A stretch of DNA of 36,658 nt from NCBI RefSeq assembly GCF_001194135.2, contig NC_068983.1:129115250-129151907 (forward strand), given 5' to 3'. Position 1 is the stretch's first letter. Every line of letters begins with the position of its first letter. The notes beneath the pieces were generated by a model. The model saw only the letters and a list, made by a program, of their open reading frames with translations, ran no database searches and was not told the DNA's origin. This stretch comes from Octopus bimaculoides. Its lineage: Eukaryota. The translations under genes were made by a program, and so were the position numbers. Positions 1-11,173 of the stretch are shown here, piece by piece.

Positions 1-900
1 ATAGGTTAGACAATCTTAATGATATACTATGAACTAAATTATCTATTATTGCTTTTGGATGATTACTAAATTTACTAATATAACTAAGGTTAGTTGAAGG
101 TTTATGATACGGCCTATATGAATTATTATGTAGATCAAGTGTAACATCTAAAAAATTAGCTACAGATATATTATACTCAAAAATAATATTCATTCCTATT
201 CTACGAAAAATCTAGCTAATCTACTTTTTTTACCGTTTGTACCTGTTGTTTCGAACTATTACTGAGAAATAAGAGACAATCATCTCTATAAAGACCCCCT
301 CTAATATTTGGGAATTGATCAGCTAATTCATAAAATGTAAAAGCACAAACCACATCAGCAATTTGAGCTGAATCTGAACTACCCATATGTACATCAAACG
401 CATCAGGTGTACCCTTTGTAATCCAAACCTTGTCGTTAAATTTAATAAATGATTTCCTAGCAGCTAGAACTACATTAATCTCTTCTCTAGAAAGCCCAGC
501 TTTATTGTGTATAAACCACAACGCCTTATTAAGAACAGAAGGATTTATAGAGGGATAGAAATTAGCTATATCAAATTGTATAAATTTGACATTATCCTTA
601 TCATTAATGCAATGAAACCAATCTATTACTCCCTTAGAATTGGACCACAGTTATAGTTTAAGTTTTCCAATTATTATAGGGATATACTTATCTAATATAT
701 TTTTACTCTATATCCCTATATCCGATTTAGCCGGGCAAATAAGCCTTAATGCAGGATCAGTCCAAAAATGTTTCTTATGATCTTTCAAGATGAACCTCGG
801 TTGTTTTGGCTCAGTCCTATTTAAAAGGTTAAATGTTTTCATTAATTTTTTGTTTCCATATTTGCATTTCTTAGTGTATTCATATTAGTTGTTTTATAAG
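1..900 (-). pseudogene. Decayed Penelope-like retroelement reverse transcriptase, Naiad-like; runs off the left edge
   Basis: Manual minus-strand translation: FILKDHKKHFWTDPALRLICPAKSDIGI*SKNILDK...KLKL*LWSNSKGVIDWFHCINDKDNVKFIQFDIANFYPSI...FDVHMGSSDSAQIADVV...GGLYRDDCL, then a frameshift to NFLDVTLDLHNNSYRPYHKPSTNLSYISKFSNHP. These are RT motifs (FDIxxFYPSI, MGS, YRDD) plus the PLE thumb motif. TAG/TAA stops and frameshifts are present. Clade assignment is from recalled motifs. Confidence 0.85.
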
Positions 901-1795
901 TAAAGATGAGTTTGTTTGATTTTTTCAGTTTATTTATTTAATTATTTATTTAATATTTAGTATATAATATATAAAAATATATATTAGAGTGTGTGTAGGT
1001 ATAGTTAGAATATAGATAAATGTAGTATGAATTACCGTATGTGTGGGTTAGATTTTTATTATAGGTGGATTTTTCATTGAAGACGGGTTTCTGTTCTACG
1101 GATATTGAGATGTTAAATAACGTGATAGTACTGAGGGATATATTTTTTTTGCGGAATTGATATAAGATTAAATTTTATTTTAATTGTGTATATTGGTATA
1201 TGCTAGAGTTTTTTAGAGTGAATTTATTAAGAACATTATCATCATTATTATTATTATTGTTATTATCATTTAAGTGAGTTTTTGTTTTACTCTAGTTTGA
1301 ACGTTATATTTTTTTAAATTGTTTTGTACGGCATGATTTCTTCCTTTCTTTCTTACATTCTTTATTCATTTATTTATTTATTTNNNNNNNNNNNNNNNNN
1401 NNNNNNNNNNNNNNNNNNNNNNNNNNNNNNNNNNNNNNNNNNNNNNNNNNNNNNNNNNNNNNNNNNNNNNNNNNNNNNNNNNNNNNNNNNNNNNNNNNNN
1501 NNNNNNNNNNNNNNNNNNNNNNNNNNNNNNNNNNNNNNNNNNNNNNNNNNNNNNNNNNNNNNNNNNNNNNNNNNNNNNNNNNNNNNNNNNNNNNNNNNNN
1601 NNNNNNNNNNNNNNNNNNNNNNNNNNNNNNNNNNNNNNNNNNNNNNNNNNNNNNNNNNNNNNNNNNNNNNNNNNNNNNNNNNNNNNNNNNNNNNNNNNNN
1701 NNNNNNNNNNNNNNNNNNNNNNNNNNNNNNNNNNNNNNNNNNNNNNNNNNNNNNNNNNNNNNNNNNNNNNNNNNNNNNNNNNNNNNNNNNNNNNN

Positions 1796-1828
<33 letters not shown>
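1796..1828. repeat. (TA)n microsatellite at gap edge
   Basis: Direct dinucleotide run, at the 3' end of the adjacent minus-strand SINE. Confidence 0.95.
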
Positions 1829-1830
<2 letters not shown>

Positions 1831-1964
1831 ACAGGCTTCTTTCTGGTTCCGCCTACCAAAACTACCCACATGTCTTTGATCGTCCCGAGGCTATAGTAGA
1901 AGACACTTGCCCAAGGTGCCACGCACTAGAACTGAGCACGAAACCATGTAGTAGGTAAGCAAGC
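1829..1964 (-). mobile_element. tRNA-derived SINE (family 1), diverged
   Basis: The minus strand reads gcttgcttacc...catggtttcgtgctcagttctagtgcgtggcaccttgggcaagtgtcttctactatagcctcggg. This is a decayed tRNA-like head followed by a ccttgggcaagt segment resembling the start of CORE-type SINE domains, ending in (TA)n. Confidence 0.7.
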
Positions 1965-1999
1965 AAATATATACATATATTTATTTACGTAATAATGTG

Positions 2000-2527
2000 T
2001 ACATTGAAACAAGCATCGATCAAGGCGACTGTCGAGCTCCAGATCAAATGAAAACATCAACAATATTCATGAACTGATCTTGCGGGATAATCTTCGAACA
2101 GTTCACGAACGTGTTATGACTAGTGTGTCTTGAAACTACTGCCATCGTGTTTAGGAATTGCGAATATAAAGCATTGCATCAAAGGTCCTTCTAGTTTACT
2201 CACAGAAGATCAAAAAGCAGTCATGATTGAATGGGTTTCGTACACTGAAAGAACATTTACAACTTGATTCGGACAGTTTTCTAAAGGTCTTCATTGGTGA
2301 CTAAACGTGGTGTTATGGAATTTGCAGATTGGAAGAGGTGAAGGAAAAAACGACGGAGGCGTTGAAAGGCATCATTTCACAAGAGTTGTAGCACCGTTTC
2401 CAACATTGCAAAGTGAATCTAGAACGACACATTTCTTCAAATGGAGAATATTTTGAAGGCCATAAAAAGTAAACATGCAAAATTAAGTGAATAAAATATT
2501 ATTGCAAAATTCGAATACTTTTAGGCC
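2000..2527 (+). mobile_element. Mariner (Tc1/mariner) transposase remnant with internal deletion
   Basis: Plus-strand peptides RSRRLSSSRSNENI, HELILRDNLRTVHE, SLLTEDQK, and DSFLKVFIGD*TWCYG fused directly to LEEVKEKTTEALKGIISQEL*HRFQHCKVNLERHISSNGEYFEGHKK*. These match mariner RSGRP, TGDETW and C-terminal NGEYFEG motifs. Confidence 0.8.
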
Positions 2528-2833
2528 TTTAGTTAAAAAAATGAAAGCTATTAGATTTTCTACTTTTGTGCTGAAGCATCTCGATAACATATGTAACAGC
2601 AAAATCACGTACTGAAAGCGTGTATTTTAATGAATACTTGCAGCCCCTTTAAAAAGGCGTAGGGTTAAAAAAGAGCATTATATTGCAAGCATAGAAGCAA
2701 CAAATCCGTTACTACTTTACAATAGTTTTATGTCCCGAATGTGTCACTGAGGCAAAATAGAAAATAAAAAAAAAGGAAAAAGTAAAAGAAAAGAAAAGAA
2801 GCTACTATTTATAATTATATTCAAAATTTAGTC

Positions 2834-2885
2834 TGCGAGCTGGCAGAAATATTTGTAGGATGGACAATTGCATAGCGATATTTCT
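2834..2885 (+). mobile_element. Degenerate 5' fragment of SINE family 2
   Basis: gcgagctggcagaaatatttgtagg...gcatagcgatattt resembles the heads at 7381 and 9478. Confidence 0.4.
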
Positions 2886-4199
2886 AACGCGTTTTAGTTC
2901 AAGGCTGACTTGCAACGGAAGTGAACGTTCATCCTGTAGTGGGTGTTAAAATGAATAGCTAGTTTTTTTCTCGGACCGATGTACTCGGTAAAACCTCGGC
3001 TTAAAATCACTTCCCATGTGACAAAATGTGAAATCATTACTTTATCGAAACTGGTTTTAATTAAACCATTAATTAATTGATTGCTTCCAGCAATCAATCA
3101 CTTAGGTGTCTGACACAATCTGACGTCAAAATGAGAATGAAACAGTGTTACTGCGTAAATGTGCATCATCACATAATTTGACCTCTAGTTCTTTACAAAA
3201 CTAACGTTAAAAAATATATATATATACACTCTGTATATATGTATATATATATATATATNNNNNNNNNNNNNNNNNNNNNNNNNNNNNNNNNNNNNNNNNN
3301 NNNNNNNNNNNNNNNNNNNNNNNNNNNNNNNNNNNNNNNNNNNNNNNNNNNNNNNNNNNNNNNNNNNNNNNNNNNNNNNNNNNNNNNNNNNNNNNNNNNN
3401 NNNNNNNNNNNNNNNNNNNNNNNNNNNNNNNNNNNNNNNNNNNNNNNNNNNNNNNNNNNNNNNNNNNNNNNNNNNNNNNNNNNNNNNNNNNNNNNNNNNN
3501 NNNNNNNNNNNNNNNNNNNNNNNNNNNNNNNNNNNNNNNNNNNNNNNNNNNNNNNNNNNNNNNNNNNNNNNNNNNNNNNNNNNNNNNNNNNNNNNNNNNN
3601 NNNNNNNNNNNNNNNNNNNNNNNNNNNNNNNNNNNNNNNNNNNNNNNNNNNNNNNNNNNNNNNNNNNNNNNNNNNNNNNNNNNNNNNNNNNNNNNNNNNN
3701 NNNNNNNNNNNNNNNNNNNNNNNNNNNNNNNNNNNNNNNNNNNNNNNNNNNNNNNNNNNNNNNNNNNNNNNNNNNNNNNNNNNNNNNNNNNNNNNNNNNN
3801 NNNNNNNNNNNNNNNNNNNNNNNNNNNNNNNNNNNNNNNNNNNNNNNNNNNNNNNNNNNNNNNNNNNNNNNNNNNNNNNNNNNNNNNNNNNNNNNNNNNN
3901 NNNNNNNNNNNNNNNNNNNNNNNNNNNNNNNNNNNNNNNNNNNNNNNNNNNNNNNNNNNNNNNNNNNNNNNNNNNNNNNNNNNNNNNNNNNNNNNNNNNN
4001 NNNNNNNNAATCAATTATATTCAAAAATAAATCGATCCAAATCTATTTCTATTTAAAAATGTAGTAACTCATCAGGTCTTGAAAAAAAGCAACAACAATG
4101 TACGTAGCTTACCCCGTAATAATTAAGAATAGAAATAAATATAGAAAAATACGTGTTAATACAATAAATATATGAAAGACATTTAATAATATTACTTAC

Positions 4200-4715
4200 T
4201 GATATAGCCTTTAAACGTACCCTACAACTCAACATACACGAAATCAGACATCCCAACTAAAGAAGAAGTTACAACAAAAAGCTCTACTATACATCTCCTC
4301 CCCCCTTAACAATGAAGCCTTCTACACCATCCTCCAGACACTCCCATACTAAAAAGTGACCACAAAATGAATGTAATTGTCCAAATGAACACTATCATAA
4401 AGAGCAAACTATAACTCAAATCTATGAAATGTCTCCTAACACAAGTCCAAGTACACTCGACATCTCCAATGAAGCAGTCAGTAAAAAAAATGCGGAAGAC
4501 CTGTGGTATATGCTTCAACCTAATTGAGAGACTGGAGTTCTCTTTCAAACAGGGTCAATGCCTTACAGTGAAAAGCAACTTCACATGAGCTTCGGCAAAC
4601 CTAATATGGGAATACAGATAAATAGCATTCAGCGAACATACCGACATTTGCGTCACTAACGAACAACTCAGCTTCAAACTCTTCCCCCTCTATAAATTCA
4701 GCGACGATGCAGCCT
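4200..4715 (+). pseudogene. Decayed Neptune-type Penelope-like element, C-terminal linker plus partial GIY-YIG endonuclease
   Basis: Peptides LPILKSDHKMNVIVQMNTIIKSKL*LKSMKCLLT, then KKCGRP / (frameshift) CGICFNLIERLEFSFKQGQCLTVKSNFT*ASANLIW, then EYR*IAFSEHTDICVTNEQLSFKLFPLYKF. The Cys-rich Zn linker and TCxSxNLIY-like motif are typical of Neptune PLEs. The YIG segment appears deleted. Confidence 0.7.
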
Positions 4716-5171
4716 ATAATCAGCACTTGTTTTTTTTTCATATACTAATTAGGAACCTGGTTATTTAAGGCTGAGTAGTTTCCTTTTTCTTTGAAACATT
4801 TCCTTTTCTTTGGATAAGGTGCTTTTGTTTCGTATTTGCATCTCAGCAGTCACTTTCGATATATCAATAACTTATTGAACACAAAATCTTGTCTCAATAG
4901 AATTCGGTGCGCCAAAATTACCCGTCGGAAAGGAATTATTTTTGATATATTGGGGCATATTGTCAGTTTAAAGGACAATCTTTACAGAATTTTATGTATA
5001 CTATACTTACACACACACACACACACATCTATATGTGTGTTTACGTGTGAAAAAAGATAAACAAATATAATTCTCAGCAGCTATATAAACACCTGACCGA
5101 GCGACCTGTAGCTACTTTCATTAGTGCTAACGCACGAAAATCTCGGGCCTTGAGTCACTGTGTTTCTTTTG

Positions 5172-5300
5172 CAATATACACATACACACACGCACACACA
5201 TATACACACATATATGATAATACTAATAATACTAATAATAATAACTACAACAACAACAACAGTAATGATAATAATAATAATGACAATAGTAGTAATAATC
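5172..5300. repeat. Compound (CA)n / (ATA)n / (ACA)n microsatellite
   Basis: Direct runs. Confidence 0.9.
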
Positions 5301-7180
5301 CTTTCTTTTATTAACCACAATTACCGACAAAAATTGAATTTGAATATTACAAAACATGAAGGACAATGTCNNNNNNNNNNTATTGTCTATAAAATCTGGT
5401 GGTGTGTTTATCGAAAATCATATTTCGCTTTTTCATTTTAAAATGTCCCTGTAGTCTTTGACAGTTTCTAAAGATAAATTAATGAACTAAGCGCTAGATT
5501 TTACAATTGAAGCAAAACCTCAGCTATTTAATACATTAGGTTGTTGTTGTTGAATGTTCGATATGTCAGTGCTAGGGGTGTTAGTGGGAGGGCATGTATT
5601 CACAGGTGTTGCGTCTCTAGCAGAGTCCGTTCACTGAATTTCTTTGCACTTTTCCTCTTCTTTCTTGTGTGTACTTTCTATTTTTCCCTTCTGTTGCTCA
5701 GAATTGTACGTGCTATCCAGGTTTTGATCATCGCGATCTCTGCCTTTTAATGCGCAGACAATTAACTTTCAAACTGTTTTGGCTGTCCTCTAACAGCAGA
5801 TGGGGGAAATCAAAAAGAAACGAAGAGCTGACACTCTTTCACGAGGACATTTTTACAAATTTCAAAACTGAAAAATTAGAAAGAGGGAAAATTTTATTTG
5901 AACATTTGCCACAATAGGAGCAAAATGCTGTTTAACCGCTCAGCTCAGCAAGAGCCCAGTCGGCGTGGCCACAGAAATGTCGGAAAAGAATTTCAGATAC
6001 AACAATGTTATTTGTAAGAATTGGACGAAAACTTAGAGATCACGAACACACGTCCTTTCTCTTTGGAATCCACGACCAGAGACCTATGCTGATAATAATA
6101 ACAATAATTACAGCAACAACAACAGCAACAATAATAATAATATAACTAGTACTGCTAGTTGACAAGTGCAAGTTTCCAGGAAAATGGTTCTTTGTATATT
6201 TTTGGGGAATGGGGAGAAGTGTAGGCTTGACATTTTTAAGATAAAGAAATATTATGAAGGCGAATTGTCTTGATTGCTTTCGGTAAACCTCTCGATATTT
6301 AAAGAGACACAACCAATTGCCATGCTATATATTATAGTTAAAATAATGAATATTCATATGAAATTCTAGTATTTTGCATAGCTAAATTTTTCGAAGCCAT
6401 TGCTTATCCCAAGTTACATAACATTTACATAAACACATGCACACACACATACACAAACATGCACACGTACTAGCACACAAACACACACGGGTCTGATATT
6501 TTATTGAGATACTAGGCTTGATATATAATTAAGATTTTCTGTGTATTAGGTTGCAAAAATCACTGAGGTTTTGTAACATTATGAAAAGGTCAGACTAATG
6601 AAAGTCAAATATAGATTGTCCCAACCAACGTTAACTACATCACACAATGCTCTTCTATGAGCCCCTCAAATAACATAGGTTACTGAATACTATTTTCTTA
6701 ATCAGACGTTCCCGAATATTACCTTCCAAGTATATAACACAAATAAAAAGCCGTTATTACCAAGTATTCATGTGTGGTACTTGGTAAAGAAATTTCAGTA
6801 AATAAGAGAGATATAGTTCACAGAATTTGCAGAAATAATGTGTGCAAAGTGAGGTTAACATATAAAATAGAACTCTCAATTATTGGGATGAATAGTAAAA
6901 TAAAACAAAAATCTAATTTTGATTATTCAAAGTTTATAAAGTAAGACGGTGATTGTTATTGTTTATATATATATGGTTTCAAGTTTAAAGAGATATAAAA
7001 TATTTGATAGTGAAGACAAATTATTCCCTCAGGAGGCATTTCATCATCTACTAAAGTCGCTTTAAAAGTCAATAAATTGTGATGTTGTATGGCATAGGAA
7101 GGTTCAGGAATTCTGACCGCATTATAGACATGTGTAGTGATACAAAGTATTTATAAAACTGACAAGCTGATATATATACA

Positions 7181-7183
<3 letters not shown>

Positions 7184-7271
<88 letters not shown>
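7184..7271. repeat. (CA)n(TA)n microsatellite
   Basis: Direct runs. Confidence 0.95.
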
Positions 7272-7274
<3 letters not shown>

Positions 7275-7380
7275 GTGTATGAGGGTATTGGTGTCTAGAA
7301 AACCCAAAGAGGGTCAGGTAACGCTAAGTAAGTGCGAAAATATGAAACTTGTATCTTGTGAGATGTAATGGCACCAACCA

Positions 7381-7456
7381 AGCAAAATCGTTAGCAAGCC
7401 GGGCGAAGTGCTTAGCAACATTCTGTCCGTCTTTACTTTCTGAGTTCAAATTCCAC
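7381..7456 (+). mobile_element. 5' tRNA-like head of SINE family 2
   Basis: gcaaaatcgttagcaagccgggcgaagtgcttagc...ttctgagttcaaattcc, with B box GTTCAAATTCC at 7444-7454. Homologous to the minus-strand copy at 10570-10772. Confidence 0.65.
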
Positions 7457-8116
7457 ATCTATTGTTGTTGTTTCTTTATTTTATACTACCAAATACTTAT
7501 AAAAAGCACAAATTCTCCTGATCTGCAGGAAGAATTTGTCACCTGTGCATGAGGACAAACTTTAAAATAGTCCACTATATCTAAGAAATAGTCAGTTCAC
7601 TTCTGTGCACTATTGGTCACATGTAACCCACTACAACGTGTTACTTGGACGGGTTGTCGGGGCCTCAAATTTGGACCCCACCAAATTTCCTTGGTGACGA
7701 TAGCGATTACTGGACAGCATGTGACATGACAAATTACACCTGTGAATCAACGGACATCCGCTATTGTGTTAGAAACCAAAAATGAAGAAAATAACTGAAC
7801 AACTCTTATTTGGAAAGATCAACGGAACGAAAAGAAATTACAGGGGTGTGATGGTGACTCACAAAGCCAACCGAAGCGAGGTCTCCCGAGCGAAGTATTT
7901 ATATTCAGCGATCGAAAGGATGAATGGTAGGATCGAATCAAAGACCAGTACTACGTGTTGAAGTTGGATGCACTGTGAGTCACGATTGGATGAGTTTGTT
8001 TCTTGAACCACGTCGACGTTGGATGCAATGATAGCTAAAAATTTCAAATGTTAATAGGAATGTTATAGCACACATGTACGTTTTTGTTATCGATCAGCGC
8101 TGTCATGAATCTCATA

Positions 8117-8513
8117 GTTGAGGCGAAATGTCCCAGTGGTTAGGGCAGTGGACTCGCGGTCATAGGATCGCTATTTCGATTCCCAGACCGGGCGTTGTGA
8201 GCGTTTATTGAGCGAAACCACCTAAAGCTCCACGAGGCTCCGGCAGGGGATGGTGGCGAAACCTGCTGTACTCTTCCATCACAACTTTCCCTCACTTTTA
8301 TTTCCTGTTTCTGTTGTATCTGTATTTCAAAGCGCCAACCTTGTCACACTCTTGTGTCACGCTGAATATCTCCGAGAAGTACGTTAAGGGTACACGTGTC
8401 TGTGGAGTGCTCAGCCACTTGCACGTTAATTTCACGAGCAGGCTTGTTCCATTGATCGGATCAACTGGAACTCTCGACGTCGTAAGCGACGGAGTGCCAA
8501 CAACAACAACAGC
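8117..8513 (+). mobile_element. Full-length tRNA-derived SINE (family 3) with (CAA)n tail and 8-bp target-site duplication
   Basis: A-box-like tgtcccagtgg (8129-8139), B-box-like tttcgattcc (8174-8183), about 300 bp of unique body and a caacaacaac tail. The direct repeat atctcata occurs at 8109-8116 and 8514-8521. A second copy lies inverted at 11174-11535. Confidence 0.9.
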
Positions 8514-9477
8514 ATCTCATAAAATGCATTTTAGCCGTAACAATCGTATTCTATGCAATAAAATAAAATAAAATAAATAAAACGTTAGCCAAAACGACCA
8601 TTATTTTAAAGATATAGCTGACTGTAATTTGAGGATGTTTTTTTATTTTTTAATTTTGCTGGTCTGAGGCAATTATACAATGATATAGAATAGAGGCGAA
8701 TTCCTGAGAATGTCTCACTGTGGTTTGAATGTGATAAAAATTTAAATGGCAACGAAACGAATAGCGGAGTTGTAACAAAGCAGTTCTTCCCTTGTTTAAT
8801 ATCTTAGCTTAAGGACAAATTATGCATTTTGTATAACATACTGGACGACAGTGTTTTATGATTATTAAGTACTGAACACAATGCAGACGATTATAATAAT
8901 TGGATGAATAATCGATATCATCTATTCACTCTGAACTAATGTTTTTCTTTGTACCTTTAGGTTGAACATTCATATTTAATGCTAATGCAGCGAGGTTAAT
9001 TAATAGAGAAGCGATGTATTATACATGTGGATTTAATCCAAATTATTATAATTGAATCACCATTTGTGAGATGCTATTCTAGCATCGCTTTTTAACGTAC
9101 AGCATGCTTGTTGTGATAAGAGTAATGCAGAACACCACATCGTTATAACCTAAAAGGGAAATGCTGCACAGATATTTGACCATAAAGAAAATACAATGAT
9201 TAACATGTATTTACAATATTCTTGGTTTTAAGTGTTTGTTTTTGAGTATATTCCATAATGATTTGTTCAATGTTATGCCAAATATTTATTGAATTCAAAA
9301 AGATATAAAGAGTCAGTTGTTAAAAGCATTCATCCATGGAATATGTAATATTTATCTGAATCCATTGCTTATCGCTTCAAAATAATCTTCTTGTCAAATG
9401 TACTACAACTGTAAATACTGTGGCAAAAGTTCGGACGTAATGGAACTGTGCTTGCGATATCTAATACTTAATTATTA

Positions 9478-9508
9478 AGTCGGTGAGCTGGTAAAATTGT
9501 TAGCACAC
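9478..9508 (+). mobile_element. Start of a SINE family 2 copy running into a gap
   Basis: gtcggtgagctggtaaaattgttagcacac matches the family 2 5' end. Confidence 0.5.
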
Positions 9509-10444
9509 NNNNNNNNNNNNNNNNNNNNNNNNNNNNNNNNNNNNNNNNNNNNNNNNNNNNNNNNNNNNNNNNNNNNNNNNNNNNNNNNNNNNNNNNNNNN
9601 NNNNNNNNNNNNNNNNNNNNNNNNNNNNNNNNNNNNNNNNNNNNNNNNNNNNNNNNNNNNNNNNNNNNNNNNNNNNNNNNNNNNNNNNNNNNNNNNNNNN
9701 NNNNNNNNNNNNNNNNNNNNNNNNNNNNNNNNNNNNNNNNNNNNNNNNNNNNNNNNNNNNNNNNNNNNNNNNNNNNNNNNNNNNNNNNNNNNNNNNNNNN
9801 NNNNNNNNNNNNNNNNNNNNNNNNNNNNNNNNNNNNNNNNNNNNNNNNNNNNNNNNNNNNNNNNNNNNNNNNNNNNNNNNNNNNNNNNNNNNNNNNNNNN
9901 NNNNNNNNNNNNNNNNNNNNNNNNNNNNNNNNNNNNNNNNNNNNNNNNNNNNNNNNNNNNNNNNNNNNNNNNNNNNNNNNNNNNNNNNNNNNNNNNNNNN
10001 NNNNNNNNNNNNNNNNNNNNNNNNNNNNNNNNNNNNNNNNNNNNNNNNNNNNNNNNNNNNNNNNNNNNNNNNNNNNNNNNNNNNNNNNNNNNNNNNNNNN
10101 NNNNNNNNNNNNNNNNNNNNNNNNNNNNNNNNNNNNNNNNNNNNNNNNNNNNNNNNNNNNNNNNNNNNNNNNNNNNNNNNNNNNNNNNNNNNNNNNNNNN
10201 NNNNNNNNNNNNNNNNNNNNNNNNNNNNNNNNNNNNNNNNNNNNNNNNNNNNNNNNNNNNNNNNNNNNNNNNNNNNNNNNNNNNNNNNNNNNNNNNNNNN
10301 NNNNNNNNNNNNNNNNNNNNNNNNNNNNNNNNNNNNNNNNNNNNNNNNNNNNNNNNNNNNNNNNNNNNNNNNNNNNNNNNNNNNNNNNGGTGAGAGAGTG
10401 AGAGAAATATTGTGGGAAACAAATATTGGTTTCAAATTTTTAAG

Positions 10445-10540
10445 GATGAAAATCAAATCTAATCTTGGCAGCGGAAAATGATCTCAGAACATAAAGACGG
10501 ACGAAGTACCACTCAGCATCTTTCCTGGTGTGTTAATGAT
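10445..10540 (-). mobile_element. SINE family 2 head fragment
   Basis: The minus strand reads cattaacacaccaggaaagatgctgagtggtacttcgtccgtctttatgttctgagatcattttccgc, homologous to 7390-7456. Confidence 0.55.
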
Positions 10541-10569
10541 TGAGCCAGTTCATTGTCTATCATATCAAC

Positions 10570-10772
10570 AAATTTCGGTTGCCGATACTGACATAAGGCT
10601 TGAAATTTCAGGTGAGTCAGGGTAGCCGATTACATGGACCCTAGTGTTTGACCGCTACTTATTTTATTGATCCCGAAGGAGAGAAATCAAAGTAAAACTC
10701 GAGAGAATTCGAACTCAGACATTAAAGATGGACAGACTGTTGTTAAACATTTTGTCTGTCGTGTTGCAAATT
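10570..10772 (-). mobile_element. Near full-length diverged SINE family 2 copy
   Basis: Plus strand gaattcgaactc (10705-10716) is a B box on the minus strand. The body includes tacttattttattgatcccgaagga and gccgattacatggaccctag. Confidence 0.65.
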
Positions 10773-11173
10773 ATGCAAGCTTTACATATCAACCAACATT
10801 ACAATAATAAGGTGTAAAATCTATGAGAATACCGAATATATGAGCATATTATATTTATCTTTAACTCTGCAACTTCGAGAAAATAATATCAATATGTACC
10901 AACNNNNNNNNNNNNNNNNNNNNNNNNNNNNNNNNNNNNNNNNNNNNNNNNNNNNNNNNNNNNNNNNNNNNNNNNNNNNNNNNNNNNNNNNNNNNNNNNN
11001 NNNNNNNNNNNNNNNNNNNNNNNNNNNNNNNNNNNNNNNNNNNNNNNNNNNNNNNNNNNNNNNNNNNNNNNNNNNNNNNNNNNNNNNNNNNNNNNNNNNN
11101 NNNNNNNNNNNNNNNNNNNNNNNNNNNNNNNNNNNNNNNNNNNNNNNNNNNNNNNNNNNNNNNNNNNNNNNNN

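Noticed and set aside
1-900. Selenocysteine recoding in the Naiad-like RT
   Set aside because: The in-frame stops I traced are TAG and TAA, and no SECIS is visible in the window.
4035-4080. Minus-strand CTGATGA...GAAA (caagacCTGATGAgttactacatttttaaataGAAAtag) next to the Neptune fragment
   Set aside because: Stem II pairs poorly and there is no stem I partner for aagac, so it cannot be called a hammerhead. A family consensus might rescue it.
5650-5725. Plus-strand pyrimidine tract plus AG followed by NCTCYPGF (EGF-like)
   Set aside because: Only a short motif, no other EGF cysteines and no good donor. The tract is the antisense of a purine-rich segment.
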